A stretch of 64,000 bases of DNA from Pristiophorus japonicus (Eukaryota). The DNA lies in assembly GCF_044704955.1 (NCBI RefSeq), contig NC_091984.1, positions 146,692,001 to 146,756,000 on the forward strand. Reading direction: 5' to 3'. The notes beneath the pieces were generated by a model. The model had not been told where the DNA came from, made no database searches, and saw only the letters and a program-made list of their open reading frames with translations. Of this stretch, positions 24,955 through 39,200 are shown piece after piece. The position numbers were made by a program, and so were the translations under genes. The first letter of the stretch is position 1, and each line of letters opens with the position of its first letter.

Positions 24955-27900
24955 TGTTAATATGTCCTTGCTATACAGTATAAATGCACAGGAGGCCCAT
25001 ACTTGAGAGAAGGTCTCTCTGTGATCAGTAACCTTTATTAGCCAGCACTGAAGTGATGAAGGTGGGTGGAGCTTCCCCTTTTATACCTGAAAGTCCAGGT
25101 TAGGAGTGTCTCCCACAAGTTCACCACCTAGTGGTCAATGTTCTCATGGTGTACAACTTAGGTCACTTTTTTCATGGGTTACAATGACAGTTAAATACAT
25201 GACATCACCTCCCCCGCAAAGTCTTATTGGACTCACAGGTTAAGTCTCTCTGGTGGTTTACTCTTCCTTGTAGAGCGCCTGAGTTGGGGCTCCAGTTGTT
25301 GGGCGCTGGCCTGATTGTCTGCTGTTTGAGGTGCCTCAGGCCTGTCCGGACTGCCCACAGTGACTGGGCAATCCTTCGCTTGGTTCCGGTGTTCGGTCAC
25401 CTGTGGTGGAGTGAACTCTACATCGTGTTCTTTCTCTGCTTCTTCTGTAGGGTAGCTGAACCTCCTTTATTGTTTGATCCATGTGTTTGTGGCAGATTTG
25501 TCCATTGGTAAGTTTAACTACCAGAATCCTATTCCCCTCTTTGGCAATCACAGTGCCTGCGAGCCATTTAGTCCCTGCAGCGTAGTTGAGGAAAAAGACA
25601 GGGTCATTGACATCAATACATCGTGCCTTTGCATTCCCGTCATGGTAGTCACATGATGACTGGCGCCTGCTCTCAACAATTTCTTTCATGGTGGGGTGTA
25701 TAAGGGATAACCTGGTTTTGAGCATCCTTTTCATTAGCAGCTCTGCGGGTGGGACCCCTGTGAGTGAGTGTGGTCGGGATCCATTGGCCAACAGGAGGAA
25801 TGCTAAGCGGCTTTGTAGGGGACCCCCTTGGATTCTGAGCATCCCCTGTTTGATTATCTGCACTGCTCGTTCCGCCTGGCCGTTTGAGGCCGGCTTGAAT
25901 AGTGCCGCTCTGACATGGTTGATACCATTTCCTGCCATGAAGGCCTGGAATTCAGTGGTTGTAAAGCACGGGCCATTGTCGCTGACCAAAACGTCCGGTA
26001 GACCATGGGCGGCGAACATTGCCCGTAGATTTCGACCGTGGCAGCGGATGTGCTTCAATTGAGAATGTCACACTCGATCCATTTGGAGTAGGCGTCTACT
26101 ACAACCAAAAACATTTTTCCTATGAAAGGACCTGCGTAGTCCACATGGATGCGTGTGCATGGCTTGGCGGGCCAGGACCAGGGGCTAAGGGGGGCTTCGC
26201 TGTGCGCATTGCCCAGCTGGGCACACGTATTGCACCTGCGAACACAAAGTTCCAGGTTTGCATCTATCCCTGGCCACCAAACGTGTGACCTGGCAATTGC
26301 CTTCATCATGACAATGCCCGAGTGCTCATTGTGGAATAATCTGATGAATATCTCTCTGCCCATCTGGGGCATGACTACTCGGTTTCCCCACCCATAGTAG
26401 GCAATCGGCGTGAATCGAGAGTTCATCCCTGCGCCTGTGAAATGGTTTAAATTCCTCAGGGCATGCCCTGTACGTGGCTGCCCAGGCCCCATTCAGGACA
26501 CATTTCTTGACTAGAGACAATAGCTGGTCTCCATTTGTCCAGACTTTAATCTGACGGGCTGTCACTGGTGAGCCTTCGCTTTTGAAAGTTTCAACAGCCA
26601 TGACCATCTCAGCAGCATGCTCGGTTGCCTCCTCGGTGGTGGCTAGTGGGAGCCTGCTGAGTGCATCGGCGCAGTTTTCAGTGCCCAGACTGTGACGAAT
26701 TGTATAGTCAGAGGCAGCTAATGTGAGTGCCCACTTCTGTATGTGGGCCGATGCATTTGCATTTATGGCCTTGTTGTTGGCCAAAAGGGAAGTTAGGGGT
26801 TTGTGATCTTTCTCCAGCTCAAATTTCCTGCCAAACAGGTACTGGTGCATTTTTTTTACAGCATATACACATGCAAACGCTTTCTTTTCTACCATCCTGT
26901 AGCCCCATTCTGCCTTGGACAGACTTCTGGAGGCACAAGCTACCGGCTGTAACTGACCCTTGGAATTAACATGCTGCAACACACACCAGACCCCATAGGA
27001 CGACGCGTCGCACGTTAAAACGAGTGTCTTACATGGGTCATATAGCGTTAACAGATTGTTGGAGCATAACAAATTTCGTGCTCTATCAAAAGCCCTTTCC
27101 TGGCTGTCCCCCCAGACCCATTCGCGACATTTGCATAAGAGTACGTGTAGCGGCTCTAACAGCATGCTCAATTTGGGAAGAAAGTTAACAAAATAGTTCA
27201 GGAGCCCCAGGAACGAACGCAGCTCCGTCGTGTTGCGGGGTCTGGGTGCTCTCTGGATTGCTTCCGTTTTGGACGCATTAGGTCTGATCCCGTCTGCTGC
27301 TACCCTCATCCCCAGGAATTCTACCTCTGGAGCTAGGAAGACGCACTTCGCTTTTTTCAGTTGTAGACCTCCCCGGTTCAGTCTGCGTAGCACCTCCTCC
27401 AGGTTGCGAGGTGTTCTTCAGTATCACAACCCGTGATGAGGATATCGTCTTGAAAAACCACTCTCCTTGGAATCGACTTGAGGAGGCTTTCCGTATTTCG
27501 TTGAAAGATCTCGGGGCCGAGCGAATCCCAAATGGACATCTGTTGTACTCAAACAACCCCTTGTGTGTCGTGATGGTGGTCAGCTTCTTAGACTCACTCG
27601 CCAGCTCCTGGGGCATATAAGCTGAGGTCAGGTCCAATTTTGAAAAAAGTTTGCCACCGAATAGCATCGCAAAGAGGTCCTCCGCTCTCGGTAGTGGTTA
27701 CTGGTCTTGGAGTGACACCTGATTGATGGTGGCCATGTAATCACTACATATCCTGACCGACCCATCCGCCTTGAGCACCGGCACAATCGGGCTTGCCCAG
27801 TCACTGAATTCGACTGGCGAGATGATGCCTTCCCTCAGCAGGCGGTCCAATTTGCCTGCTATCTTTTCCCGCATCACGTACGGCACCGCTCTGACCTTGT

Positions 27901-29692
27901 GGTGTACTGGCCTCGCACCCGGGTTTATGTGAATCACTACCTTGGTCCCCATGAAAGTGCCAATGCCGGGTTGAAATAGTGAGTCAAATTTGTCCAGGAC
28001 CTGTGAGCATGATATTCACTCCACAGAAGAAATTGCATTGACATCGCCCCATTTCCAGTTCATGACAGCCAGCCAACTCCTCCCCAGCAGTGCGAGACCG
28101 TCCCCCGGGACAATCCAGAGTGAAAAGCTGTTCTCCAAATCTTTGTGGGTCACGACTACCATGGCGCTGCCCAGCACCGGAATGATCTCCTTTGTATATG
28201 TCTGTTGCTGTGCGTCAATCGGCAATAATTTTGGCCTCCTGGCCTTGGACGCCCACAACTTGTCGAACTGTTTGATACTCATCAGGGACTGGCTGGCCCC
28301 TATGTCTAGCTCCATTGATACTGGGATGCCATTGAGGAAGGCTTTCATCATTATTGGTGGTGTCCTGGTATATGAACTGTATACGTGCTCCACATGAACT
28401 CGTCAAACTTCAGCTTCCAGCGAATTCCCCCAGTGTCCATTTGGCATCGTAGAGTTTACATCGCCTCCGTCATCCTCGTACATCAAACTGGCTGCAGGCT
28501 TCCTGCATATACGCGCCAAGTGACTGCTGACATTGCAGTTTCTGAAGGTATATTGCTGATACCTGCAAACTCTGGCTGTGTATTTGCCTCTACACCTCCA
28601 GCAAGAGCCGTTGTTGGAAACAGAAGGTCCATTGCCAGTCGATCGTCTCTGACTGTCTCTGTAACTGTCCTTAAGCGCACCATTGACAGGTGTTTATGGC
28701 CCCGTTACTGGCCGTATTGTCCCTTGCGTTGGCATGAATCGCCATTCAGCTAGCCATTGTCTCTGTTGCATTCCCCCTTTGGGTTCGTCTACATGCTCAG
28801 GCATGTCCGATTGCCCCTGTCTGCCTGGAGAACTGTGTGCTGCGTTAACAATGTTGACACCCTGTCCATTTGCTGTATTTAAACCAAGATTCTTGTCAAA
28901 CGTCATTCTGGTCTCTTCCTCCCCCGAGATAAATGTCTGGGCCATCAAAGCCGCTGTTTCCAGGGTCAAGTCTTTGGTTTCAATCAGTTTCCTGAAAACC
29001 CCAGCGTGCCCGATGCCCTCAATAAAAAAGTCTCGTAGCATCTCCGCTCTGCATGCATCTGGGAACTTACATAGGCTCGCCAGTCGCCGTAGGTCTGCCA
29101 CGAAGTCTGGAACGCTTTGCCCTTCTCGCTGCCGGTGCGTATAAAACCGGTGTCTCGCCATGTGCATGCTGCTCGCCGGTTTAAAGTCTTCCCCGATCAA
29201 CTTACTGAGCTCTTCAAAAGTCTTGTCCGCCGGCTTCTCTGACACTAGAAGGTCCTTCATCAGGGAGTAGGTCCTGGATCCATAAACCGTCAGGAGATGA
29301 GCCTTGCATTTGTCGGCCGAATCCTGACCCAGCCATTCCTTAGTGACGAAGCTTTGCTGTAGTCTCTCAATAAAATCATCCCAATCATCACCAACACAGT
29401 ACCTCTCGTCTGTGCTGCTAGTGGCCATGCTCGCGTGGTTTAAATCCCAGTTTCTGTCGCCTTTACAGTATAAATGCACACGAGGCCCATACTTGAGAGA
29501 AGGTCACTCTGTGACCAGTAACCTTTATTAGCCATCACTGAAGGGGTGAAGGTGGTTGGAGCTTCCCTTTTATACCTGAAAGCCCAGGTTAGGAGTGTCT
29601 CCCACAAGTTCACCACCTAGTGGTCGATGTTCTCACAGTATACAACTGAGGTCAGTTTATACATGGTTACAATGACAGATAAATACATGACA
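24955..29692 (-). mobile_element. Mag-like Ty3/Gypsy LTR retrotransposon 1 (degenerate, near full length)
   Basis: LTRs 24955-25204 and about 29463-29692 (inner end/PBS deleted). PPT at 25205. Gag 28694-29479, tandem knuckles CWRC..C/..NC..HLARIC, protease 28016-28393, RT/RH 26326-27952, IN RIHVDYAGP..SDNGP..NGQAER. Confidence 0.93.
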
Positions 29693-29883
29693 GTTGTGTC
29701 CAGCAGCAGCTGTGTACCTCTCTGCAACCTCATCTTGACTTTTATCAGTCCCATCAGAGCCTTGATTCCCTCACCAGGGGGCTGGTGTTTCCAGATCAAT
29801 GTCCAGCTGATCGATGCCATGAGTCAGACTCAGTGAATGCTGTCAACGGGTGGAAAGGCTGATCTAACTGCAGCCTTGTTCTA

Positions 29884-30660
29884 ATGCTTTTGGGGAGGGG
29901 CAACAAGGCAAGGGAATACACAATAAATGGGAGGGTACTGACAGGGGTGGAGGAATGGAGGGACCTTGGAGTGCATGTCCACAGATCCCTGAAGGTAGCA
30001 GGCCAGGTCGATAAGGTGGTTAAAAAGGCATACGGAATACTTGCCTTTATTAGCCGAGGCATTGAATACAAGAGCTGAGAGGTTATGCTTGAACTGTATA
30101 AAATACTAGTTAGGCCACAGCTAGAGTACTGCGTGCAGTCCTGGTCACCACATTACAGGAAAGATGTGATTGCACAAGGGAGGGTATAGAGGATTTTCAC
30201 GAGGATGTTGCCAGGACTGGACAATTTTAGCTATGAGGAAAGATTGGATCTGCTGGGCGTTTTTTCCGTGGAGGCTGAGGGGAGACCTTATTGAGGTGTA
30301 TAAAATGGTGAGGGTCCTCGATAGAGTGGATAGAATGGACCCATTTCCCTTAGCAGAGGGGTCAACAACTAGGAGGCATAGATTTAAAGTAATTGGTGGA
30401 AGGGTTAGAGGAAGATGAAGAAACAATTCTTCACCCATAGGGTGGTGGGGGTCTGGAACTCACTGCCTGAAAGGGTGGTAGAGGCAGAAACCCTCACCAC
30501 ATTTAAAAAGTACTTGGATGTGCACTTAAAGTGCCGTAACCCACAGGGCTACAGATCCAGAGGTGGAAAGTGGAATTAGGCTGGGTAGCTCTTTGTTGGC
30601 CGGCGCTGACATGACCGACCGAAATGGCCTCCTTTCGTGCTGTAATTTTCTGTGATTCTA
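29884..30660 (+). mobile_element. CR1 3' fragment
   Basis: RDLGVHVHRSLK..KAYGILAFI..RLRGDLIEVYK and tail. Its 5' part is duplicated in inverted form at 8955-9217. Confidence 0.88.
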
Positions 30661-31097
30661 TGATCGTGCTGGTGGTGTTGACCACTTTAAAAGTCACAGC
30701 ATACATTTTATTGAAGCTATTTCTGTTCCCGGTTTCCCCATTGCCAATAATTGGATCAATCGATGCTGTAGCGCCCCCTTGTGGTACATCTATATGGACT
30801 CCACCCAAACCCCTGCTTTCAAACCTTGAAACCACATTGCCTACGCTAGCTGGAGCCCCCCTCCTTAATCACAGCATCTCACAGCACAGAGGGAGGCCAT
30901 TCGGCCCATCAAACCTGTGCTGGCTCTTTGAAAGAGCTATGGACCACTAAGGCCTGGATTAATGATCCAGGGACATGAGTTCAAACCCACCATGGCAGCT
31001 GGCGAATTTAAATTCAGTTAATTAAATAAATCTGGAATAAAAAGCTAGTGTCTGTAATGGTGACCATGAAACTGCTGGATTGTTGTAAAAACCCACC

Positions 31098-34000
31098 TAC
31101 CTGGCCTGCTACCTTCAGGGATCTGTGGACATGCATACCAAGGTCCCTTTGTTCCTCGACACCTCTCAGTATCCTACCATTTAATGTGTATTCCCTTGCC
31201 TTGTTAGCCCTCCCCAAATGCATTACCTCACACTTCTCTGGATTGAATTCCATAGGCCAATGTTCTGCCCACCTGACCAGTTGATTGATATCTTCCTGCA
31301 GTCAACAGCTTTCTTCTTCATTATCAGCTACAAGGCTGATTTTACTATCATCTGAAAACTTCTTCATTATACCCCCTACATTCAAGTCTAACTCATTGAT
31401 ATATATCACAAAAAGCAAGGGACCTTGTACTGAGCCCTGCGGAACCCCACTGGAAACAGCCTTCCAGTCACAAAAACACACATCGACCATTACCTTTTGC
31501 TTCCTGCCTCCGAGCCAATTTTGAATCCAACTTGCCACTTTGCCCTGGATCCCATGGGCTTTGACTTTTGTGAGCAGTCTGCAATGTGGAACCTTATAAA
31601 AGCCTTGCTCAAATCCATCTACACTTCAATACGCACTGTCCTCATGGACCCTCCTTATTACTTCCTCGATGAATTCAATCAAGTTATTCAGACATGAGCT
31701 TCCCTGAACAATCCATGCTGACTGTCCTTGATTAATCCGTGTCATTCCAAATGAAGATTTATCCTGTCTCACAGAACTTTTTCCAATAATTTTTCCAGCA
31801 CCAAGGTTAGGCTGACTGGCCTGTAATTACTCGGTCTATCTCTTTCTCCCTTTTTAAACAATGGTGCATAATTAGCAGTCCTCCAGTCCTCTGGCATCTC
31901 ACCTGTAGCCACAGAGGATTGGAAAATGTTGGTCAGAGCCTCTGCTATTTCCTCTTTTGCTTCTCTTAACAGCCTGAGATACATTTGATCCGGGCCGGGG
32001 GATTTCTCCACATTCAAAGCTGCTAAGCCCCTTAATAATTCCTCTCTCACTATGTTTATTTCATCTAATATTTCACACTCCTCCTCCCTGATTGCAATGT
32101 CTGCATTGCCCATCTCTTTTTTGAAAACAGGTGCAAAGGATTCATTGAGAATCATATCCACATCTTCCGCCTCCACACACAGATTACCTTTATGGTCTCT
32201 AATAAGCCGTACTCGTTCTTTAATTATCCTCTTGCTCTGAATGTATTTATAAAACATCTTTGGGTTTTTCTTGATTTTACTTGCCAAAATGTTTTCATGC
32301 TCTCTCTTTGCTTTCCTAATTTCCTTTTTAATTGCACCCCTGCACTTTCTATACTCCTCTAAAGTTCCTGCAGTATTGAGCCCTCGGTCTCTGTTATAAG
32401 CCTCCCTTTTTTACTTTATCCTACACTGTATTTCCCTTGACATCCAGGGACCTCTAGATTTGTTAGTCCCACCCTTTTTCTTTAAGGGAACAGACTTACT
32501 CTGAAACCACAGGATTTCCTCCTTGAATGCCTCCCACTGCTCTGACACTGATTTACCTTCAAGTAGCCGTTTCCAGTCCACTTTGGCCAAATCTCATCTC
32601 AGCTCAGCAAAATTGGCTTTTCCCCAATTGAGAACTTTTATTCCTGGTTTATCTTTGTCCTTTTCCATAACTACCCTAAATCTAACTGAATTATGATCAC
32701 TAGCACCAAAATGCTCTCCCACTGATACCCCTTCCACCTGCCCCTCTTCATCCCCCCAAACCAAGTCCAGAACCGTCCCCTCCCTTGTTGGGCTTGTTAC
32801 ATACTGGCTAAAAAAGTTCTCCCAAAGGTATTTTAGGAATTCGCACCCTGTATACCTTTCACACTAATTTTATCCCAGTTAATATTCGGGTAGTTGAAAT
32901 CCCCTACTATTACTGCCCTATAGTTTTTGCACTTGTCAGAAATGTACCAACATATTTGCTCTTCTCTCTCCCTCTGACTGTTTGGGGGTTTATAGTACAC
33001 TCCCAGCAGTGTGATTACCCCTTTTTTGTTCTTCAATTCGACCTATATGGCCTCATTTGATGATCCTTCCGACATATCATCCCTCCTCACAACTGTAATT
33101 GTTTCTTTCAATTGATTCACAACTGCGACGCCCTCCTTTTTTATCCCCCTCTCTATCCCGTCTGAAAACCCTGTAACCAGGAATGTTGAGCTGCCATACC
33201 TGCCCTTCTTTCAGCCATGTCTCAGTAATAGCTATAATATCGTACTCTCAAATGTCTATCTGTGCTCTCAGCTCATCTGCCTTTTTCCCTACACTTCTTG
33301 CATTGAAGTATATACCATTGAGCACTGCCAAACTGCCTTGCTGTCTATTTTCCAGACTTTGTTTCCTCTGTCTTCCAAATTCACTTTCTACTTTTCTGCT
33401 TTCCAATTCCAGCTTTGCTTCTCTCCCTTCTGAATCGATTCTCCGGTTCTCACCCCACTGGCAAGCGAGCGTAAACCCTCCCCAACCACACGAGCAAACC
33501 CCACCGTGAGGATATTGGTCCCAGCTCTGTTGTGGTGCAACCCGTCTGGCTTGTACACGTCCCACCTCCCCCAGAAATGGTCCCAATGCCTTCGGAATCT
33601 AAAGCCCTCTCTCCTGCATCATCTCTCCAGCTATGCATTCATCTGCTCTATGCTTCTATTTCTGTACTCACTAGCACGTGGCACCGAGAGTAATCCAGAG
33701 ATTACGAGCTTTAAGGTCTTGCTTTTTAATCTCTCTCCTAGCTCCCTAAACTCTGCCTGTAGGACCTCATCCCTCTTTCTACCTATGTCATTGGTACCGA
33801 TATGGACCACAACCTCTGGCTGGTCACCCTCCCCTCTCAGAATGTACTGCAGCCACTCAGTGTCATCCTTGACCCTAGCACCAGGCAGGCAACATACCAT
33901 CCTGGAGTCACTTTTGCGGCCACAGAAATGCCTGTCTGTTCCCCTAACTATCCAATCCCCTACCACTATTGCTCTTCCACTCTTCTTCCTCCCCCCTGTG

Positions 34001-34430
34001 CAGCTGAGCCACCCGTGGTGCCGTGGACTTGGCTCTGGCTGCACTTCCTAGAGGCACCATCGCCCCCACCAGTACTCAGAACACAATACTGGTTGGAGAG
34101 CGAGATGGACTCAGGGGATTCCTGCACTACCTGTCTGGACCTCCTCTTCTGTCTGGTGGTCACCCATTCCCTCTCTGCCTGCACACTCTGAAGCTGCGTG
34201 GTGGTTAGAAACGTGCTATCCACGACGTTCTCAGCCTCGCGGATGCACCGCAGTGACTCCAGCCGCCGCTCAATCTCCGAAATGCGGAGCTCGATTTGCT
34301 GTAGCTGGTGACACTTCCTGCACATGTGGTCGTCCAGGCCACGAGAAGTGTCCAGGAATTCCCACATGGGACAGGATATGCACTCCATGGAACAGAACTG
34401 CCCTGCCATGCCTCTATTTAATAGCTGAGA
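31098..34430 (-). mobile_element. CR1 LINE retaining 5' part: ORF1 (zinc finger/leucine zipper + SGNH esterase) and ORF2 (APE endonuclease-RT), degenerate
   Basis: ORF1 CISC..CRKC, IVVGDWIVRG, CLPGA, VVHIGTND. ORF2 YFNARS, GVYYKPP, VGDFN, KSPGPD, KFSDD. Confidence 0.92.
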
Positions 34431-35129
34431 ACTAACTTAGCAGAAATAAACTGAAAGTAATAAAAAAGCAGAAAATGGCCTGACCTCCATCAATCAGGCC
34501 ATCATTTTTTCACCCCATCTTTCCTCATCATTCCTCATAGCTAAAATTTTCCAGTCCAGGCAACATCCTCATAAATCTTCCTGTGTGCAATTCGTTGTAA
34601 AGCACCTTGGGACGTCCTGATATTGTGAAAGGCGCTATATAAATTCAAGGCTTTCTTTCATTGAAGTGGGAGGGCCCTGATCCTGACCCTCGCCCATTGT
34701 CTGACCTTCCAGGAGGTCACGGGATCATTGGGAGCAGTGACCCTGCCTGACCCCAGTACACTGAGGCTAATTGTAGCCTCACCCTTGACCTCACCCCGGT
34801 GCTGGGCAGCAAGCTTTTAAATGCAATCTAGAAGCTTCTACACCGACACCCAACATGAAGCCTTGCTGAAGTGTGTTTATACAAGTGTGCCGCAATGTTC
34901 CCGGATAAAGTTCTCCCGATCTGTGTGTGATCTGAGCTTTCTCACTGCTGAGCCTGTTTCCCCTGTATCCACCCATCTACAGTTCGAGCTTCCTGCCAGT
35001 GAACAGCGTCTTAATGGGACACTCAGTCTTTACCGACTCTTACTGTTAACCATTTCAGTGCTGAATGTGTGCCAACCCTGCACTGCAGATGTTTATACAA
35101 CAGTCCAATATGATTTTGAGTATCAGCCG

Positions 35130-35522
35130 TGGTTCTGAGTCAGAAGTTTGTGGGTTCAAGTCCCACTCCAGGGATTTGAGCGCAAAAATCTAGGCTGACA
35201 CTCCAGTGCAGTGCTGAGGGAGTGCTGCACTGTCGGAGGTGCCCTTCTTCAGATGATATGTTAAACCGAGGCCCCATCTGCCCTCTCATGTGGATGTAAA
35301 GGATCCCATGCCACTATTTCACAAAAGAGCAGGGGAGTTCCCCAGTCTCCTGGTCAATATTTCTCCCTCAACCAACATGACAAAAGAACAGATTATCAGG
35401 TTGTTATCACATCGCTGTTTTTGGGAGCTTGCTGTGCACAGATTGGCTGCCGTGTTTCCCACATTACAACGGTGACTACACTCCAAAAGTACTTCATTGG
35501 CTGTAAAGCACTTTGAGATGTC
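35130..35522 (+). mobile_element. tRNA-derived Deu-domain SINE (SacSINE1-like)
   Basis: B-box GGGTTCAAGTCCC, GTGCTGCACTGTCGGAGGTGCC..GTTAAACCGAGGCCCC core, L2-like tail region. Confidence 0.8.
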
Positions 35523-35752
35523 CACCTTACAATCAAACGCATTTATATTTCGATTAAACTTACCAAACGAGGCAAAGAAGATTAAGAATTAGTGTTGCTC
35601 GCCTCTCATGGTTAATCACCAGCCAGGAGTTCATTAACCCAGCTCTCCGTTATCAGATGTGAATTATCCCCACACGGAAACACCCACAGTGACACACACA
35701 CACACACACAGACTAATATACACCTATTAAACATCCTTCTCCTCCCTTTCAG

Positions 35753-36081
35753 GCCGAGGGAAGACACCACCCACGCTGACCCTGCTGCCCCCCTCCCCGG
35801 AGGAGGTCACTACCAAGGACACTGCCACCCTGGTGTGCCTCGCCGATCACTTCTACCCCGATGCGGTGGAGGTGGAGTGGAAGAAGGACGGGGCGACCAT
35901 TTCGGCCGGGGTTCAGACCAGCGACTACCTGCGAGCTTCGGACAACACCTACAGTGTCAGCAGCCTGCTGATCCTCTCTGGCTCCGACTGGGAGTCCAAC
36001 GCCAGCTTCTCCTGCAGCCTCACCCACGAGAGCCTCTCCTCTCCCCTCAGCAAGGGCATCAGGAGAGCAGAATGTGCGTAG
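35753..36081 (+). CDS. IGKC: Immunoglobulin light-chain constant exon, kappa type (copy 2), open frame
   Basis: Same acceptor and frame as copy 1. Three substitutions (KG>KD, LLTL>LLIL, GV>GI). Confidence 0.95.
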
Positions 36082-36267
36082 TGTGTCAGGAACAGTCCGC
36101 GGGGGAGACGCAACTTTAAATAGAACAGGGGGTGAGCCGGGAGGGCAAAGGTCATTGTCAGCACTGCATTTCTACTCTCTTCCTTCTCGGAACTAGGTCA
36201 GGGAAAGCATCTGAGGGTCAGGGGGCAAGGCACGTTATTGGGGCAGTGCTTTACTCTGTATCTAACC

Positions 36268-39200
36268 TGTAAAGTCCTTGCACAATACCACAAATCTACA
36301 CAATGCACATTCTATGCACAAGGTCCCTCCATGACCTGAACCTTTATTCACAGGACCAAGAAGTGATGACCCTGCGTGGGTCTCCCTTTATATGCCTGGG
36401 TGACCAGGTGAGGAGTGTCTCCCACAAGTTCACCCCCTGTGGTCAAGGCGTGCATTTCTTACGTATTTTCAGTATTGCAGTGTTGTTACATAAAGGTTAC
36501 ATACATGGCATCACCTCTCCCTCAACATCTGATTGGGATCATAGGTTAAGTCTCTCGGGTGGTCTGCGCTCTATCATGGAGGTTCGCAGTTGGGACTCTG
36601 GGTGTTGAGCCTTGGTATGTGTGTCTGTCACCTGTGGTGATTCCAGCCTTTCCGGGCTGACCGCAGGGACTGTGCATGCTGCTGAATGTTCTTGTTGCTC
36701 GTTCACTGGCGGTGGTGTGAATACCATCTCATGATCTTCCTCAGGTTCCTCAGTGTCCATGCTGAAACTTTTTTTTACTTGGTCCAGATGCTTGCTGCAT
36801 ATCTGCCCATTGTTAAGTTTAACCACTATGAATCTATTCCCCTCTTTGTCTCTTACAGTACCTCAAGCCATTTGGGCCCCAAAGCGTGATTGAGAACATA
36901 TACGGGGTCATCAGTTTCTGTACTTCTACCCCTTGAATTTCGGTCATGGTACTCGTTTTGGGTCTGGCGCTTGCCCTCAACATTGTCGGACAGGACTGGA
37001 TGAATGAGGGACAGCCGAGTTTTGAGTGTTCGTTTCATGAGTCGCTCTGTGGTCGGGACCTATAGGCCAGCAGGAGGCGCGATAGCAGTGAAGGGAGGGT
37101 CCTTGAGTCCGGCGCATGCCTTGTTTTGTGATTTGGACCGCACGTTCCGCCTGGCCATTGGAGGCCGGATTGAATGGTGCTGTCCTGAAATGGTTAATGC
37201 CGTTACCCGACCTGAACTCCCGGAATTCATAGCTTGTGAAACATGGGCCATTATCACTAACAAGGATGTCTGGCAAGCCGTGGGTCACAAAGACCGAGCG
37301 CAGACTCTCCATGGTGGTGGATGTCGTGCACGAATTCAAAACGATGCACTGAATCCATTTCGAGTACGCATCAACCACAATGAGAAACATTTTTCCCATG
37401 AACGGGCCCGCGTAGTCTACGTGAATACGTGACCATGGCCTGGTGGGCCAGGGCCACGAGCTGAGTGGGGCCTCCCTGGGGGCAGTACCCAGCTGGGCAC
37501 ATGTCATGCACCTGCGAACATAGTGTTCCAGGTCTGAATCAATTTACAGCCACCACATATGTGACCGGGCAATGGCCTTCATCAGCACGATGCCTGGGTG
37601 CTCGCTGTGGAGTTCCCTGATGAATGCTTCCCTGCCCCTCTGGGGCATGACTACCCAGCTGTCCAATCGTAGGCAGTCGGCTTGGATGGAGAGCTCATCC
37701 ATCCGTCTGTGAAACGGTCTGACCTCCTCAGGGCATGCTCCGTGTGCGGGCGCCCAATCCCCAGTCAGGACACATTTCTTAATCAAGGACAGGAGGGGAT
37801 CTCTGTTGGTCCAGATTTTGATCTGGCGTGCTGTGATGGGAGATCCTGCGCTATCAAAGGTCTCGACAGCCATGACCATCTCAGCGCTTTGCTCCGCTGA
37901 CCCCTCAGTGGTGGCCAGTGGAAGCCTGCTGAGCGAGTCAGCGCAGTTTTCGGTGCCGGGCCGGTGCCGGATGGTGTAGTCATATGCAGCGAGCGTGAGA
38001 GCCCATCGCTGTATGCGAGCTGACGCATTGGCATTGACAGCCTTGCTGTCTGACAGCAGATATGTTAATGGCTTATGGTTCATTTCTAATTCGAACCTCC
38101 TGCCAAAAAGGTACTGATGCATCATTTTCACCCCATAGGCACATGCGAGTGCTTCCTTCTCAACCATCCCATATCCCCGTTCAGCTTGAGAGAGCGACCT
38201 GGAGGCATAAGCCACAGGTTGTAGTTGGCCCTCAGCATTATCCTGCTGCAACACGCACCCAACCCCATAGGACGATGCATCACATGTCAGAACCAATTTC
38301 TTACGGGGATCGTTCAATGTCAACAACTTATTTGAACAAAGTAGGTTCCGCGCCCGATTGAAAGCCCGTTCCTGACAGTCCCCCCAAAACCAATCGCAAC
38401 CCTTACCCTGGAGTACGTGTAGCGGCTCCAACAACATGCTTAAGTTTGGCAGAAAGTTCCCGAAATAGTTCAAGAGTCCCAGAAATGAACGCAACTCCGA
38501 TGTGTTGCAGTGCCTGGGCGCTCGTCGAATCGTCTCTGTTTTGGATTCGCTGGGCAGAATCCCGTCTGCAGCAACCATCTTGCCCAGAAACTCGACCTCG
38601 GGAGCCAAAAACACACACTTAGACTTCTTGAGTCGCAGACCTACCCGGTTCAGTCGGCGTAGCACCTCCTTCAGGTTGTGGAGGTGTTCCTCGGTGTCAC
38701 GACCACTGATGAGGATGTCGTCCTGAAATATGATCGTTCCGGGAATGGATTTGAGCAGGCTTTCCATGTTTCTTTGAAAAATCGCGGCCGCTGACCGAAT
38801 GCCAAACAGACACCTGTTGTAAACAAACATTCCCTTGTGCATGGTGATGGTAGTCAGTAGTTTAGATTTGTCGGCCAGTTCTTGGGTCATGTAGGCTGAA
38901 GTGAGGTCCAACTTGGTGAACAGCTTGCCGCCTGCCAGTGTGGCAAAATGGTCCTCTGCTCTCGGGAGCGGGTTTTGGTCTTGTAGGGACACCTGGTTGA
39001 TAGTGGCCTTGTAATCGCCACAGATCCTGAGCGAGCCATCCGCTTTTAGGACGGGAACGATGGGGCTCGCCCAGTCGCTGAATTCAATGGGCTAGATGAT
39101 GCCCTCTCTCAGCAACCAGTCCAACTCGCCCTCAATTTTCTGCCGCATCACATACAGCACAGCTCTGGCTTTGTGGTGCACTGGTCTGGCGTCCGGGGTG

